Source: Eledone cirrhosa (lineage: Eukaryota). Taken from it: a stretch of DNA of 64,000 bases. The notes under the pieces are model-generated. The model made no database searches. It was not told where the DNA came from and saw only the letters and a list, made by a program, of their open reading frames with translations. Location of the stretch: positions 26,908,001 to 26,972,000 of the forward strand of contig OZ024752.1 in assembly GCA_964016885.1 (NCBI GenBank), read 5' to 3'. Shown here piece by piece: positions 44,559-57,818 of the stretch; within the stretch, counting starts at the first letter, position 1, and each line of letters opens with the position of its first letter. The translations under genes and the position numbers were made by a program.

Positions 44559-45192
44559 TAACCAATACATTAGTTAAATACCATTCTTTCATCTGATATA
44601 TCTCTAAGTTCTAAAAAAAAAAAAACATACAGATTGAAGTCCATCTATATAGAAGTAAAACATAAAAAAATTATAAAATATAAGAGAGGCATATATTCCT
44701 ACATATATCTATATTCTATCCGATTGACTCGACTGACAGCTTAATTCAATATATATATATATATATTTTTTTTTTTTTGTTTTTCATTATGATTTTTTTT
44801 TTACATTATTATAATTTTTTTATTATAATTTTTTTTTACATAAATTTTATTTACAATTGTATAAATTTACAATTGAATAACATTAAAAATATGTTTTAAA
44901 TATATACATAAATAATATTACAAATGCAGAAATAACATAAATTTCTCGCAATCCGTTCAGAAGAACATTACAAATATATCGTCTAAGCCCTGTATAAATA
45001 TATAAGTATTCTAGGTATAACGTTTCATCAACCTGTACTAACTCGCCAGGGCAGAAGCACTCAACAATGCACACACTAATCACTAACATAATTCAGCTGC
45101 CTTAGCTTCGACAATCGTGCAATGTGTTTAAAGCACCAACATATTATCAAAGCGAAAAAAAAAAAAAAAAAAAAAAAATGGAAGAATTCATA

Positions 45193-45967
45193 TAATTGTT
45201 TCTACTTTTGGCACAAGGCCTGCAATTATCCCAGTGCATTACTGGTAATTTATTTTATCGACCTCCTAAAGGATGAAAGGCAAAGTTAACCTCGGCGGGA
45301 TTTGAACTCAGACCATAAAGGACCTATGTTTCAAAGCATGGAGTCCGACTCTACCGATACTGCCAATCCACCACCCCAATATATAACTTTAATAATAACA
45401 ACAGTGTTGCTATTATTTGGTATAGACTTTACCAGAGGGTTTAAAGCTCGATGCAGTAAAGTCCATGCAGAGTTGATATATAAAGAATAAGAATATTATG
45501 TTTTAAAGAAACATTATGAGAAATATATTCGCTATAATCTTGCTTGCTCACTATCATTCACTCAGTGGGATATGGTTTGAACGTATAATCGAGCAAACAT
45601 GAATCAGTGCTAACCTCAAGGCCAGCAATTATCCCAGTGCATTACTGGTACTTTATTTTATCGACCCCGTAAGTATGAAAGGCAAAGTTAACCTCGGCGG
45701 GATTTGAACTCAGACCGTAAATGGACATAACTCCACGCTGGAAAGCATGGCGTCCGACCCTCTACCGATACTGCCAAATAATTGTTTCTACTTTAGGCAC
45801 AAGGCTAGCAATTACCCAGTGCATTACTGGTACTTTATTTTATCGACCCTGTAAGGATGAAAGGCAAAGTCAACCTCGGCGGGATTTGAACCCAGATCGT
45901 AAAGGGACGTAACTATGCTGGAAAGCATGGCGTCCGATCCTCTACCGATACTGCCAATCCACTGCCA
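45193..45967 (-). mobile_element. Three Nin/Deu-like SINE copies (45193-45377; tandem pair 45618-45967)
   Basis: High identity to 401-586. Confidence 0.85.
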
Positions 45968-46299
45968 AATAATGCGAATTAGGTGACAGAGCAGTCGCAC
46001 CTTAGCTCGTTCTTCGTCGAATATTTGGGCACATTTGAAAAGAAATCCTATATTAAGTTAACATCAACAACTACATCTACAACAGAATCCACCTCGTTAT
46101 GTGTTGTGGTGAAATTTAGGGGAAAGCTGGGCTGATCAAAGGGTGAAACCATTATCTTTCTCCATAAAGTCTTGACTCAATGTAACAAAGCGTCTCATTT
46201 AGAAATCCTATTCTGGATAAATATTTATGCCTCTACATATCTCTGCTCGTTTTCAAGCAAACGAGATTAAGAAAATGTCTTCTCTCAGACCATGCGCAG

Positions 46300-46447
46300 A
46301 GGTGTCTGACTTAATTCTTCGAGCTTACATTTGCTTAGCTTCTTCTACAGAATCATGTGCAGACGCTGTTTGCAGGTGTCTGACTTAATTCTTCGAGCTT
46401 ACATTTGCTTAGCTTCTTCTACAGAATCATGTGCACACGCTGTTTGC
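46300..46447. repeat. ~74-bp direct tandem duplication
   Basis: AGGTGTCTGACTTAATTCTTCGAGC...CGCTGTTTGC x2. Confidence 0.9.
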
Positions 46448-46904
46448 TAAAATATGGCATATGAGATAACTTAAACCATAACACGCATCTCATAACAACA
46501 TTACAACACAACTATTTCATGTCAACTGACCCCGCTCACATTAATATACCAAAATAAATCAAAACAGAAACAGATCCCATAAAATCCGAAATATTTCAAC
46601 CAAAAAATTCCGGAAAACGTCTCTATACTCGGGTATTTCTCCGAAAACAAGTCTATTCGATAGTTGGCCATGATGTCCAAAACATGACTTCACCAGGTAG
46701 TGCTATTAGGTTAGATATTGCCTGGGCCAATACTGGCCGAAACCTATAAAAGTTATCAATAGTGGTTTACCACTGGATAGAACTGGATAGAACTAGTCAT
46801 TCCGTATAGCCAACCATGATATAATAGTAGGAAAAGCATTCGACGTTACGTAATTCATCCATATTTGATGTTGAATCTTTTTGTGCAAGAACGGAGTTAA
46901 TTAT

Positions 46905-47041
46905 TATTGAGTAAAATGACAGGAGGCCGGACTGGTGAAATTGCTTGAAAGATTTATTTCAGCAAACACTATGTACATAGTGTTTGGTGAAATAAATCTT
47001 TGAAGGAATTTCACCAGTTTGGCCTCCTGTCATTTTACTCA

Positions 47042-47073
<32 letters not shown>

Positions 47074-47659
47074 ATACTTGGGGAGGGTCATATTTGCGTA
47101 ATATTGCCAGAATTAATAACAGAACACACTCACTGTTTGGTTGGTTTTCGCTTCTCGCTGTCTTTTATTATATCTGCGATCTAACTTACTCGGTCCTCAA
47201 TGTTGCCATTGACTGACCGGCGGTCAAAAATAATACAGATACAATATAGACACAAACACATATATATATATATAGTTTACATAATTTACATAAATCTTTC
47301 GTTGCACATCTGCAACATCGTCAGTGGTGTTATATTCATTGTGTTCAGTGAGTGTGTTCTGTTATTAATTCTGGCAATATTACGCAAATATGACCCTCCC
47401 CAAGTATAACAATATCTGTTTCGACACACGATTTCATATAAAAAACCTCGCAAAACTATATATATATATATATATATATATAACGGAGGAAATGTGGTAA
47501 GGAACCAGGTGGACCATAACGCACCAAAGTACTCAATACTTAGGGTAGTAGAGTGGGTAATAGGAACGAGTAGGACCCCGACGGCTGAGCTCAAGCCATT
47601 TCGAGTCCAGAATTAGCCGTCGAAACGGCTTGAGCTCAGCCGTCGGGGTCCTACTTGTT

Positions 47660-47706
<47 letters not shown>

Positions 47707-47870
47707 TCGACAGCTAGGTCTGAATTGAGTTCAGACCTAGCTGTCGAAACAGCCGGAGCTCAGCCGCCGGGGTCCTAACTCTTTTCCTATTATCCACTCT
47801 ACTACCCAGTGTCGAGTACTTTGGTGCGTTATGGCCCATCTGGTTACTTACCACACTTCCTTCGTTATAT
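46905..47870. mobile_element. Cluster of short fold-back insertions in (TA)n (46905-47044; 47068-47457; 47480-47663; 47705-47870)
   Basis: Each has inverted arms. 47068-47457 is related to the 36.8 kb PLE tail. 47620-47650 keeps an HHR 3' half GAA-ACGGCU..AGCCGU-C. Confidence 0.7.
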
Positions 47871-48084
47871 CTATATATATATTGTCTAACCTGATTAGTT
47901 TTTTCGTTGTTTTGGTATTGTGTAGCTTTTCAATTTGTCAAGCTGTCTAAACGTATGTTATTACTCTAATGCCTACAACCTTATTGAGTTCTTTGCGGTA
48001 CATTCCTAATTGTAGGGCGTTAGCTTGGCCACGGTCAAAACTTCTATTTTACTAAGCTTCCACTTGTATATATATATACATATC

Positions 48085-48800
48085 ATCCTCATCATCATCA
48101 TTTAAAGCCTATTTTCCATGTCTCCATAGGTTTGCTGGGTGTTGCGTGCTGAGGCCAGACCAGACCGGTGACTAACTCCTGCTTGTACGTTTCGTTTTTG
48201 CTTGGTTTCTAATTCCAAACACATTACAGTGTGTACTGGGTTCATGGTACCTACAGCTGGATGCCCTACCTAACACCAACCAATTACAACCTGTACTAGA
48301 ATCCTTTTATCGTGACATCAACATTATCTCCTTACAGTACTAAAGTTCTCAGTGTCGTTAGTCTTTCTGCTGAGGCATTGGTGGGGGTTCAGGGCTGAGG
48401 TCAGGCATCGCACAGCTTGTAGGGTTAGGCTTATGGATAGATGCGACCTTGGAGCAACTTGGATGGTGTCTGACATTGTAGGGTGCGCCTAGCTTCACTT
48501 GGTAACCTAAAAGGGATCATTTATATGCTGCTTGCAGTTTGGAAGGAGATCATGGAGTGGCGTTGGAGCAAGTGGCTGGGAAGTTTTTGTCATTTTGGGG
48601 AGTGCCTGGGTTGGAAAAGCGTCTTGGGTGCAAGGCCTAAACAAGAAAGGTGTATCAGTGAAGGTTTTCATCCTAGTTTTCCATGTTAGTATGGGATGGG
48701 CGAAGGCGTCAGGAGTATACTTGCAGGTGTGGACCTTAGAGTTTTCCATCTCTCTGATTCGTTGGGACTATGTGCAGAAATGGAATCATACATAACTACA
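48085..48800. mobile_element. Probable RTE-type LINE/SINE-derived remnant
   Basis: (CAT)n end followed by GCTGGATGCCCTACCTAACACCAACC, an RTE-related motif; no intact ORF. Confidence 0.4.
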
Positions 48801-49023
48801 CCGTACTATCCACACCTTAATTTGTTTCCTCCATGCTTATTTTATAGTTACATTAAAAGAAAAAAAATTGGCATTTTCATTCACGGAATTTACCGGAAAA
48901 TCTGTATCTATGTTTTATATCTATCTACCCATCTATTTCTCCATCGCCTATCTATCCACGTTTGTCAGTCCACCTCTCTCTCTGTCTCTCGTTTTCCCCC
49001 TCTTTCTTTGTCTGTCTGCATCA

Positions 49024-49058
<35 letters not shown>

Positions 49059-49271
49059 CCGTATTTCCCGGCGCCGAAGACGTTTCCTCCTCGAGGATGT
49101 ACCCAAATTTTGACAACCAAAAATTTGAAAAATAATTGTTTCTACTTTAGGCACAAGGCCAGCAGTTACCCAGAGTGCATTACTGGTACTTTATCGGCCT
49201 CCAGGACGCATGGTAGATTTTTGAGACTTATTTTAGGAAAAAAGTAGCGTCTTCGACGGCGGGAAATACGG
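49059..49271. mobile_element. Tc2/pogo-like MITE with a SINE fragment inside
   Basis: TIRs CCGTATTTCCCG.CG.CGAAGACG / CGTCTTCG.CG.CGGGAAATACGG flanked by TA. Confidence 0.8.
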
Positions 49272-49297
49272 TATATGTATGTGTGTGTATGTATATA

Positions 49298-49352
<55 letters not shown>

Positions 49353-49452
49353 TTCCTCCAAGCGTGAAACTAATAAACTTCATGTTATTGCATCCTCTTG
49401 TTTACTCGTTTCTTGTTTCCCCCCCCCCCCTCTCTCTCTCTTTCTCTCTCTT

Positions 49453-49488
<36 letters not shown>

Positions 49489-49777
49489 CAATATTATATA
49501 TATATATATTATATATATAGAGAGAGAGAGATTGGGAGAGAGTTACACAGAGATAGAAAAAGACAATGCGATAGATACTGATAAACGAGACCTGTTGTTT
49601 TGCTGCTATAAAACAAACATGAACTTGATGTGTTTGTGTGATGCTGCTGTGCGTTGGTGATACACACACACACAGACAGATACATATCTATCTATCTATC
49701 ACTCTGTCGATCTATGTATCTTTCTCTCTCCCTCTCTCTCTCTCTCTGTATCTATATATATACTTATATATATATAT

Positions 49778-49962
49778 AAGTTTATCCCGGGTTCAATCGG
49801 GTGTAACCACAGTAAGTAAGGTACTCAATACATAACAGAATATAAATATTTAATATAGAAATGGCTTCTACAGGACTAGAACTGTTTAATTCCGGAGAAA
49901 TCCTGATGATTTCTCCCGAATGAAACAGTTCTAGTCCTGTAGAAGCCATTTTTATATTAAAT
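49778..49962. mobile_element. Fold-back PLE end with HHR core (49903-49940); related copy 63290-63475
   Basis: CUGAUGA-u-UUC uccc GAA-u-GAA-AC..GU-C; inversion junction falls inside the ribozyme. Confidence 0.65.
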
Positions 49963-50249
49963 ATATATATATATATATATATATATAATACGTAGTAAGA
50001 GAGAGAGAGATCAAGAAACTGATGGACAAAACAGACTGATAGATACAACAAAAGATAGGCAGGTGTACATAAAGGGAGATAGATAACCAAGTTATAGAGA
50101 GGCATATATTTTGGGTGAGAGACATTTAGTTCGGTAGACAATCAAAGAGATATACAGATAGACAGGCAGGCAGGCAGGCAGACAAATAGACGGGAAAACA
50201 GACAGAACGAAACAGAAAAACATAAACAGAGAGATGGATAGATAAATAG

Positions 50250-51085
50250 ATATGTTTCTTTATTAGCCACAGGGGCACAAAAGAAGGGGACAAATACAAA
50301 GGGGGAAGTTTACATACAATAAAAACGTGTAAAATATTATCACAAATGCAATTTAAAAATTAGTCGATTTTCCCCAATAGGGGGAGACATTACATATGGG
50401 TAACACATACCCCCTTAAAAAAATGTGCAACTCCAGGAGTACGAAGAGTTTGTACTCCTTTATAGATAGATAGGCAGACGTATGGGCAGTCAGTTAGATA
50501 AATATATTTATAGATAGATAGATAGATATATTTCTTTATTTGCCACAAGGGCGCACAAGAAAAGGGGACAATACAAAGACACATGCTGGGAATTTTACAT
50601 ACAGTCGTGTAAAAATATTATTAAAACAAACAAATTTAACAATCGAAATCCCCAATGGGGGGGGGGGGGGGAGGGGGGCGTTACAAATGGGTTGTTTAAT
50701 ACCCCGTCGATAGAACAACCCTCAACTTCAGGAGCGCGTTGTGCAAGTGCTTCTTTCTTCCTTTTGCTCTCTTATTCAACCTACAGGTTTATATACAGAG
50801 ATGGCCCAATGACTCGGGCCATTTTTGCTACATTCACCCACCTTTCAGTAAATTTAGATAGATAACCAGACAGACAGATAGATAGATAGATAGGCAGACG
50901 GATGGGTAGATAACCAGACAGACAGACAGACAGACAGGTAGATAGATAGATAGATAGATAGATAGATATCTTTCTTTATTTGCCACAAGGGCGCACAAAA
51001 ATGGGACATTACATGACGTGACGGCGGGGGTTTTACATAAAATCTTTAACAATGATAAATAACAATAACCTATATAAAAATAAAA
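50250..51085 (-). mobile_element. Three short LINE-like (probably Tx1/L1) 3' ends in (TAGA)n/(CAGA)n
   Basis: TTTCTTTATT.GCCACA.GGG(C)GCACAA..AAGGGGACA at ~50253, ~50531 and ~50971. Confidence 0.55.
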
Positions 51086-51399
51086 CATAGCTAGATAGAC
51101 ACTAAGAAATATTATATTGCCTTATACAGCGAGACCTGCTGTTTTGCTATGATAAAACATAAACAAACGGACTTGGTGTGTTTGTGTGCTGGTGCTTTGT
51201 ACATTTGTGACTGGCTTAGTACGGTGTGATTAAGTGTAACCACAAACATTCATGTGTACGTATGTAAGTGTATGTGTGTGTATATATATGTAGGTGTGTG
51301 TGTGTGTATGTATGAAAGTGTGTATGTGTATGTTATCTCTTTCTCTTAATTTCGAGTATATTTTTTTGACCGGCCACCTTCCTGGTGGCAAGGTTGTAA

Positions 51400-51615
51400 A
51401 AGAAAAGAAAAGAAATTGTCATCCCTTGAATCGCAAGAATGTTTTGCAAATTTTGAAGGTGCCAGCTATCGCAGCCATTTGTAGACTATGAATTAGGGAG
51501 CTGCGCTCTTTGTCAGCAAATCCAAGTTCAGTCATACTTTGGTCCAAGCGGGTTGGTATATAACCCGTAGCTCCAATAATGATGGGTATGAAGCTAAAGT
51601 TGTATATACCAACAT
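51400..51615 (-). pseudogene. RLE-type (R4/NeSL-like) non-LTR retrotransposon C-terminal remnant
   Basis: YNFSFIPIIIGATGYIP..L...M..LG.....LQMAAIAGTFKICKTFL. Confidence 0.75.
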
Positions 51616-51791
51616 GTGTATGTATGTACGTGTGTATGTATGTATTTATGTGCACCAGTTAAGATTCATAAAAAAGAAAGAATTTGACAATCATATGAGA
51701 CCGTGCCCCGACACACAAACATCGCTTTTGGGTTTGAACCCAATGTTTATATTACTTAATGATACGCCTAAAGCTATATTGGGAAATGTAT

Positions 51792-51835
<44 letters not shown>

Positions 51836-51837
51836 TA

Positions 51838-51914
<77 letters not shown>

Positions 51915-51915
<1 letters not shown>

Positions 51916-52181
51916 AGGAGCTTCCAACAGAGATGGTCGCATTCTTTTATGGGTATGTCAATATTTGTTTATAAAACTGATCTATATTATATTTTATCTG
52001 ATGAAAGCGCACCATAATTTGCTTTGGTGTCCTTGAAATATGTATAATGAAATAAATATGGTTTTATAAATATAGTTTCCATTTGTTAATATATTGTATT
52101 TTTACTCCAAAAATGTTGTTGAGTGCTTTATATCAGTTATAAAAATATTTGCTTGTATCCCAACAAATTAAATATAACTTC

Positions 52182-52182
<1 letters not shown>
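51915..52182 (+). mobile_element. 3' end of a Naiad-2-related PLE with HHR (~51993-52050); related pieces at 21030-21245 and 63500-63870
   Basis: CTGATGAA.GC..ACCA...TGGT.TCC.TGAAATATGTATAATGAAATAAATATGGTTTTATAAATATAG shared with 42219-42300. Confidence 0.75.
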
Positions 52183-52224
<42 letters not shown>

Positions 52225-52492
52225 ATGTATGTATATATATATGTGTATATATGTATATATATGTATATGTGTGTGTATGTATGTATATATGTAAATATAT
52301 GTATGTGTGTGTATATGTATGTATGTGTGTGTATATGTATGTGTATATGTATATATATGTATATATATGCATGTGTGTATATGTATGTATATATGTATAT
52401 ATATATGTGTGTGTGTATGTATGTATATATTATGTGTGTATATGTGTATGTATATGCATATGTGTGCCTGTTTGTGTATATGTGTGTATATA

Positions 52493-52539
<47 letters not shown>

Positions 52540-52589
52540 AACAGGTGAAACTTCAGAATAACAAGGCTGACTTTTCAATCTTAATAAAA

Positions 52590-52657
<68 letters not shown>

Positions 52658-52776
52658 TATCTTTTTCCATTTATCTGAGGGTTCTAAACCCCATTATCAG
52701 ACTAAAATTTCTTTAGTCAAAAAATACGGTGAAATCTATTCTATTTTCTAATTTCAAACCTGCTCAGTGTTTCAAA

Positions 52777-52807
<31 letters not shown>

Positions 52808-53059
52808 CATATAATTGTTTCTACTTTTGGCACAAGGCCAGCAATTAAACCAGTGTATTACTGGAACTTTATTTTAACGACCCCGTAAGGATGAAAGACA
52901 AAGTTAAACTCGGCGGGATTTGAACTCAGACCATATCCCGCCGAGGTTACATATAATAGTATGTGTTTACTTGAAGGTCCACAGATGTATGTGGTTATAT
53001 GTGCGTGTGTGGATATATGTATGTATGTGGCTGTTGTTTATAGAATACAACATGCTTAC

Positions 53060-53138
53060 CTGTTGTGATTGTAAACATCATACATAAGTGATAGATAATC
53101 CAAAGGAAAGCAATCCTTAAATGATATCGTCTCATCAT
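53060..53138 (-). CDS. Candidate first coding exon encoding a signal peptide (MMRRYHLRIAFLWIIYHLCMMFTITT)
   Basis: ATG start, basic n-region plus hydrophobic h-region, consensus phase-1 donor CAG|GTAAGC; upstream acceptor TTCTTTACTCAG. Confidence 0.6.
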
Positions 53139-53593
53139 TGCTATTGGCTCTTCTCCTTCACACTGGAGCTAGATGCTGAGTAAAGAAGAGCCTTATAACA
53201 TTCACACGCATACACCCACCCACACACACTCACACACTCTTGATTTCCCTCTGTTCCTCTTTCTCAGTCTTTCTCTCAATCTCTCACTGCCACTGCCTTT
53301 ATCTTTAGCTTTCAATGCATCTCTCTCTCTCTCTCTCACTCTCTCTCACTCTCTCTTTCTCCCTGCCCTTCTCGCTTCCACTACCTCACTGCTTCTTTAT
53401 GCTCTTACTTCTACCCGCATTTCAAACTACAGAACTTCCTTCTTGCCTGCCTATCGCTTTAATATAGACGAGACGCTCACACATACACACACATTTCCCT
53501 ATCTCTCTTTTCATGTCACCAATCATTATGCCTGACTGTCGCACAGACATACACTCACTCACACACACATTACATACATACACGCACACACAC

Positions 53594-53675
<82 letters not shown>

Positions 53676-55299
53676 TACATATAAACACACACACATATAT
53701 ATTCCTGCTATTTCAAGCGTTAAACTAATATATTTCTTCCATGTACTGTGCCGTTTGTTTTGTTACTTTTATTATTATACGGCCCTTGCCTTGTTAACTG
53801 CTTCTTTATGCTCTTACGGGGTCGATAAAATAAAGTACCAGTAATGTGCTGGTGAATGATGGCCTTGTGCCAATAGTAGAAACAATTATTACTTTTACAC
53901 ACACGCGCACCCCCCCCCCCCCCACACACACACACTAATCCCTTCTCTCTGTATATATGTTCCAATCAATTACATCACTTCTCCGAACTTTCCTGCCACT
54001 ATCTCTTAGTCTTTCACTGTTTACATTTCCCTCTTTTTAACTTTGCGCTACTATGTATGGACCTCCATCAGTTTCGACGAAGAGTGTAGCCATTATTTGA
54101 TCAACGGAATAGCCTGGTGGCTGTTGCAGCGGGTGACTCTGACCATTTCTCTGCGGCGACGCTTTTGCCGTTTGGTCCGCAGGTAGCCGCTGAGGTACCG
54201 CTCAGCCTGGGGCATAGTATCTCTATCTCCCCCTCTCCATTTCTTTCGTCCCTTGATCCTTCTTTCTTTTTATCCTTTTCTGTTTCCTTTATGTGTACCT
54301 TTAATGTAATTCTCAGTGAGATTCTGTTATAATGGTGTGACACAGCTGTTTTGTAAATCTGTACGAAACGAGGGTAAAGCCCAACATTTTCATCAGCCGT
54401 AATTCCGAACTAGCAACGACAGATACAACGAGACTCCCTACACACAGTTCACTTATTTATAATAGAGTTTCTGCCTAGTCCACTATTAATTAGATTTAAT
54501 ATGCTACAGTGTATGTACTTGATGTGGTTGACCCTTTGAATATATTACATTCCCAGCGTCGGGCTTCTAAACAGTTTCAGTCTAAGCTAATTTCACTGTC
54601 AAGGCATGGTTTGAGCCGTGGTTGCGGTTAATGACACTTGCCTATAATGTCAAACTTTTGAAACATTCGAACAGCCTGCATCCAAATAGCTCTGCAATGG
54701 GAAAGAAGTATGAAAGGAAATATGGAGATGAAAAGGTTAAGTAATCACATTGATGGCCTCCCCATAACCCCGGCGGACAGAATGGAGAAGGCGTTTCCCC
54801 AGATGATGGTAAGTCTGCTATAAATTGTTTTTTCACCCCCCACGAGAGAAAAATGCAATTTCTAAATGGTCGCGGGACGTCCTAGAAATAATTGATTCTA
54901 CTTTAGACACAATGCCAGCAATTATCCCAGTGCGTTACTGGTATTTTATTTTATCGACCCCGTAAGAATGAAAGGCAAAGTTAACCTCGGCGGGATTTGA
55001 ACTCAGGCTGTAAAGGGACCCAAATCTCCTTCAAATGACATTCTACTGTTTTAGAAAAGGGTACATGATTTAATATGTAGTCTCTTTTGTGTTTCCCCGC
55101 TCATAGCAAAATGGGGGCCGGGTTATAGGTCTGCTCGATCAACAACAGCAACAATATAAACAACATCATATCCACTATCATTCCTAGTACTAACGGCTAC
55201 TACCACAGCCTGCGCCGCTACTACTTCCAACACCATCACAACGACCAACACCAGCATTATCTCAGTCACTGTCATTAGCACTACCAACAATAATGACAG

Positions 55300-55880
55300 C
55301 ATCAACATCATCAATACTTATCGCCACCACCACCACCACCACCACCACCATCAACAACTGCAACTATACTAAACACACCGCGACCTGGACCGCCACCACC
55401 GCCAACAACACCAAGAACAGCATCACTACAAACACCACCACCACTAGCACCAGCACCAACAGGTGCAGGTGGTGGTGGGTGTAGTGTAGCTACACTACAC
55501 CCACCCCTACCTCCACCACCACCACCACCAACAACAACAGCATCACTACAAACACCGCCACCACTAGCACCCTCACAAACCCACCACCACCACCACCAAC
55601 AGTATCACTACAAACACCACCACCACCACCCCACCACCAACAACAACAGTATCACTACAAACAACACCACCACCATTAACACCATCACCCTCAGAAACCC
55701 ACCACCACCACCACAAGCACCCCCACCACCACCAACAACAACAGTATCACTACAAACACCACCACCACTAGCCCCACCCCACCACCAACAACAACAGCAT
55801 CACTACAAACACCACCACCACCAGCACCCTCACAAACCCAACAATAACAACAACAACAACAAAAAGACTACCACCCTGAT
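55300..55880. repeat. (ACC/AAC)n repeat with a higher-order unit (..CAGCATCACTACAAACACCACC..)
   Basis: Directly visible. Confidence 0.9.
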
Positions 55881-56508
55881 TTGCTAGAAATAGTAGCCAA
55901 ATATTTATTCGTAGTGTCAAACAAGCAGCTTAGGAAATTAATATTATAATCCGAGATAAAAAAAAAAGAAAGATAGGATACTTATGGACGGAATGCCTTC
56001 GATTATATCTGATTGATTGGGTCTGACTTGGGACTAGGCAACGCCAGCAGGAATAACTACGAAAAGGCCTCTACGCTTTAACTCGACGTGGTAGAAATAG
56101 CAGTCAAGTTTTATTCAAATCACAACTGTAAATGAAACGTAAACATTGGATAATTTTACCCTAGATACATTCTAAGGTTACCAATTGACAGAGTCGTTAG
56201 AAAGTCGGCTGGAATACTTTACGTTCATTGTTTCAGCTCTCTGCATTCTGATTTCAAATCTCACCAAGGTTAACTTTGTCTTTCATCTTTTCGGGGTTAA
56301 TATATAAAGTATCAGTTCAGTACTGTGGTCGATATTCTCTCTCACTCTCCCTCTCTCTCTATCTCACCCCCCCCCTCTCTCTCTCATTCACTCAATCACT
56401 ATATATATATATATATGGCTTCTACGGGACTAGAACTGTTTCCGGGATGCACAAACAAAAGTGTAAGATTGGTGGCTAATTAGTTAATTGGTTTGAATTA
56501 ACGTTTTG

Positions 56509-56565
<57 letters not shown>

Positions 56566-56576
56566 TAACAGATTAA

Positions 56577-56627
56577 AGTTTAAGCAAAGAATCGCTGCTT
56601 TCACCCTTAACGGGATCTTCTGAAACT
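56577..56627 (-). ncRNA. Type I hammerhead motif with U4A core (second copy ~43058-43103)
   Basis: AGUUU-CAGAAGA-u-CCC guuaa GGG-u-GAA-AGCA..UGCU-U^AAACU. Confidence 0.6.
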
Positions 56628-56738
56628 ACGGTTCTTATATATTTGATATATATTTATCCTTATCGAGCCCTCTTTAGATTTTAGTCTTCAAGTTTATTAT
56701 TATTACTATATATATATATATATATATATATGTGTATA

Positions 56739-56772
<34 letters not shown>

Positions 56773-57118
56773 GAACAATGTAAATAAGTCAAATGTCTAA
56801 GATGGTTAATTATTTCAAAACGTTAATTCAAAGCAATTAACTAATTAGCCACCAATCTCAGACTTTTGTTTTATTTTCATTGTTCAACACACACACACAC
56901 AAACACACATATATATAAATGACTCTGTAACTTGAGAAGATTCTTCGAGGAAACCTTACGTGTTGAGCACCTACCACAAAAACTATAGCACCCACCGCTT
57001 AATCACTCTGAAACCATCTCTTCAAGGCCACATTGAGTTCTAACGACGTTATCGGCCCCATTGTAAACAGGTGGAAGCCAATATATATTTATACTGTCTC
57101 TGCTTTTGAAACGTTAGC

Positions 57119-57167
57119 TCTTGTCTGATAACCCTGTGGTAAACAGGCGAAACTCCAGAGTAAAAGA
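57119..57167 (+). ncRNA. Hammerhead motif with G8A core lesion
   Basis: CUGAUAA-c-CCUG..CAGG-c-GAA-ACUC ca GAGU-A^AAAGA. Confidence 0.5.
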
Positions 57168-57271
57168 CTCACTATTTAGCCTTAATAAATGAATATTAGA
57201 ACTCTACTCCGGTATTGAGTACTGTACTCCTTGCACACAGCCATCAACCACATACGGATATATATATATAA

Positions 57272-57412
57272 AGGCACATGACTTAGTGGTTAGAGCATTG
57301 GGCTTGCAATCGAAAGGTTGTGAGTTCAATTCTCGGACCGGGTGATGTGTTGTTTCCTTGAGCAAGACACTTTATTTCACGTTGCTCCAGTTTACTCAGC
57401 TGTAGAAATGAG
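57272..57412 (+). mobile_element. tRNA-derived CORE-like SINE 5' half
   Basis: A box TGACTTAGTGG, B box GAGTTCAATTC, then CCTTGAGCAAGACACTT. Confidence 0.75.
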
Positions 57413-57749
57413 ATGATAGGACCGGGTCCCTATCATTAAATCACCCAAGTCACCTCCAACAAGATATACCTTGAAGGAGGCCAGCTAAACCTGCATAGGT
57501 GTGAGCTGTCACACACACACACACACACACACATATGTTAGGTAATTGCGAAGGAAAAGCAAGGGAAAAAAGAGTGTTATATGTATAGAACAGAGCTATT
57601 AAATTAGAAAGTGAACAACACAAAATATAACTACCCCATCACCAAAGGTTTCTGGGTCCCAGACAATATTAATATACGTCTGGATCAGTCATCAGATGTT
57701 ATAACATCTCTGTCTAATGGAGTAGTTATATTTTGTTTTGTTCACTTTC

Positions 57750-57818
<69 letters not shown>

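Noticed and set aside
54101-54343. GC-rich short ORFs
   Set aside because: No recognisable motif or splice support; probably a repeat remnant.
57272-57345. tRNA gene
   Set aside because: The A/B boxes run directly into a CORE-like SINE body and there is no proper acceptor stem.
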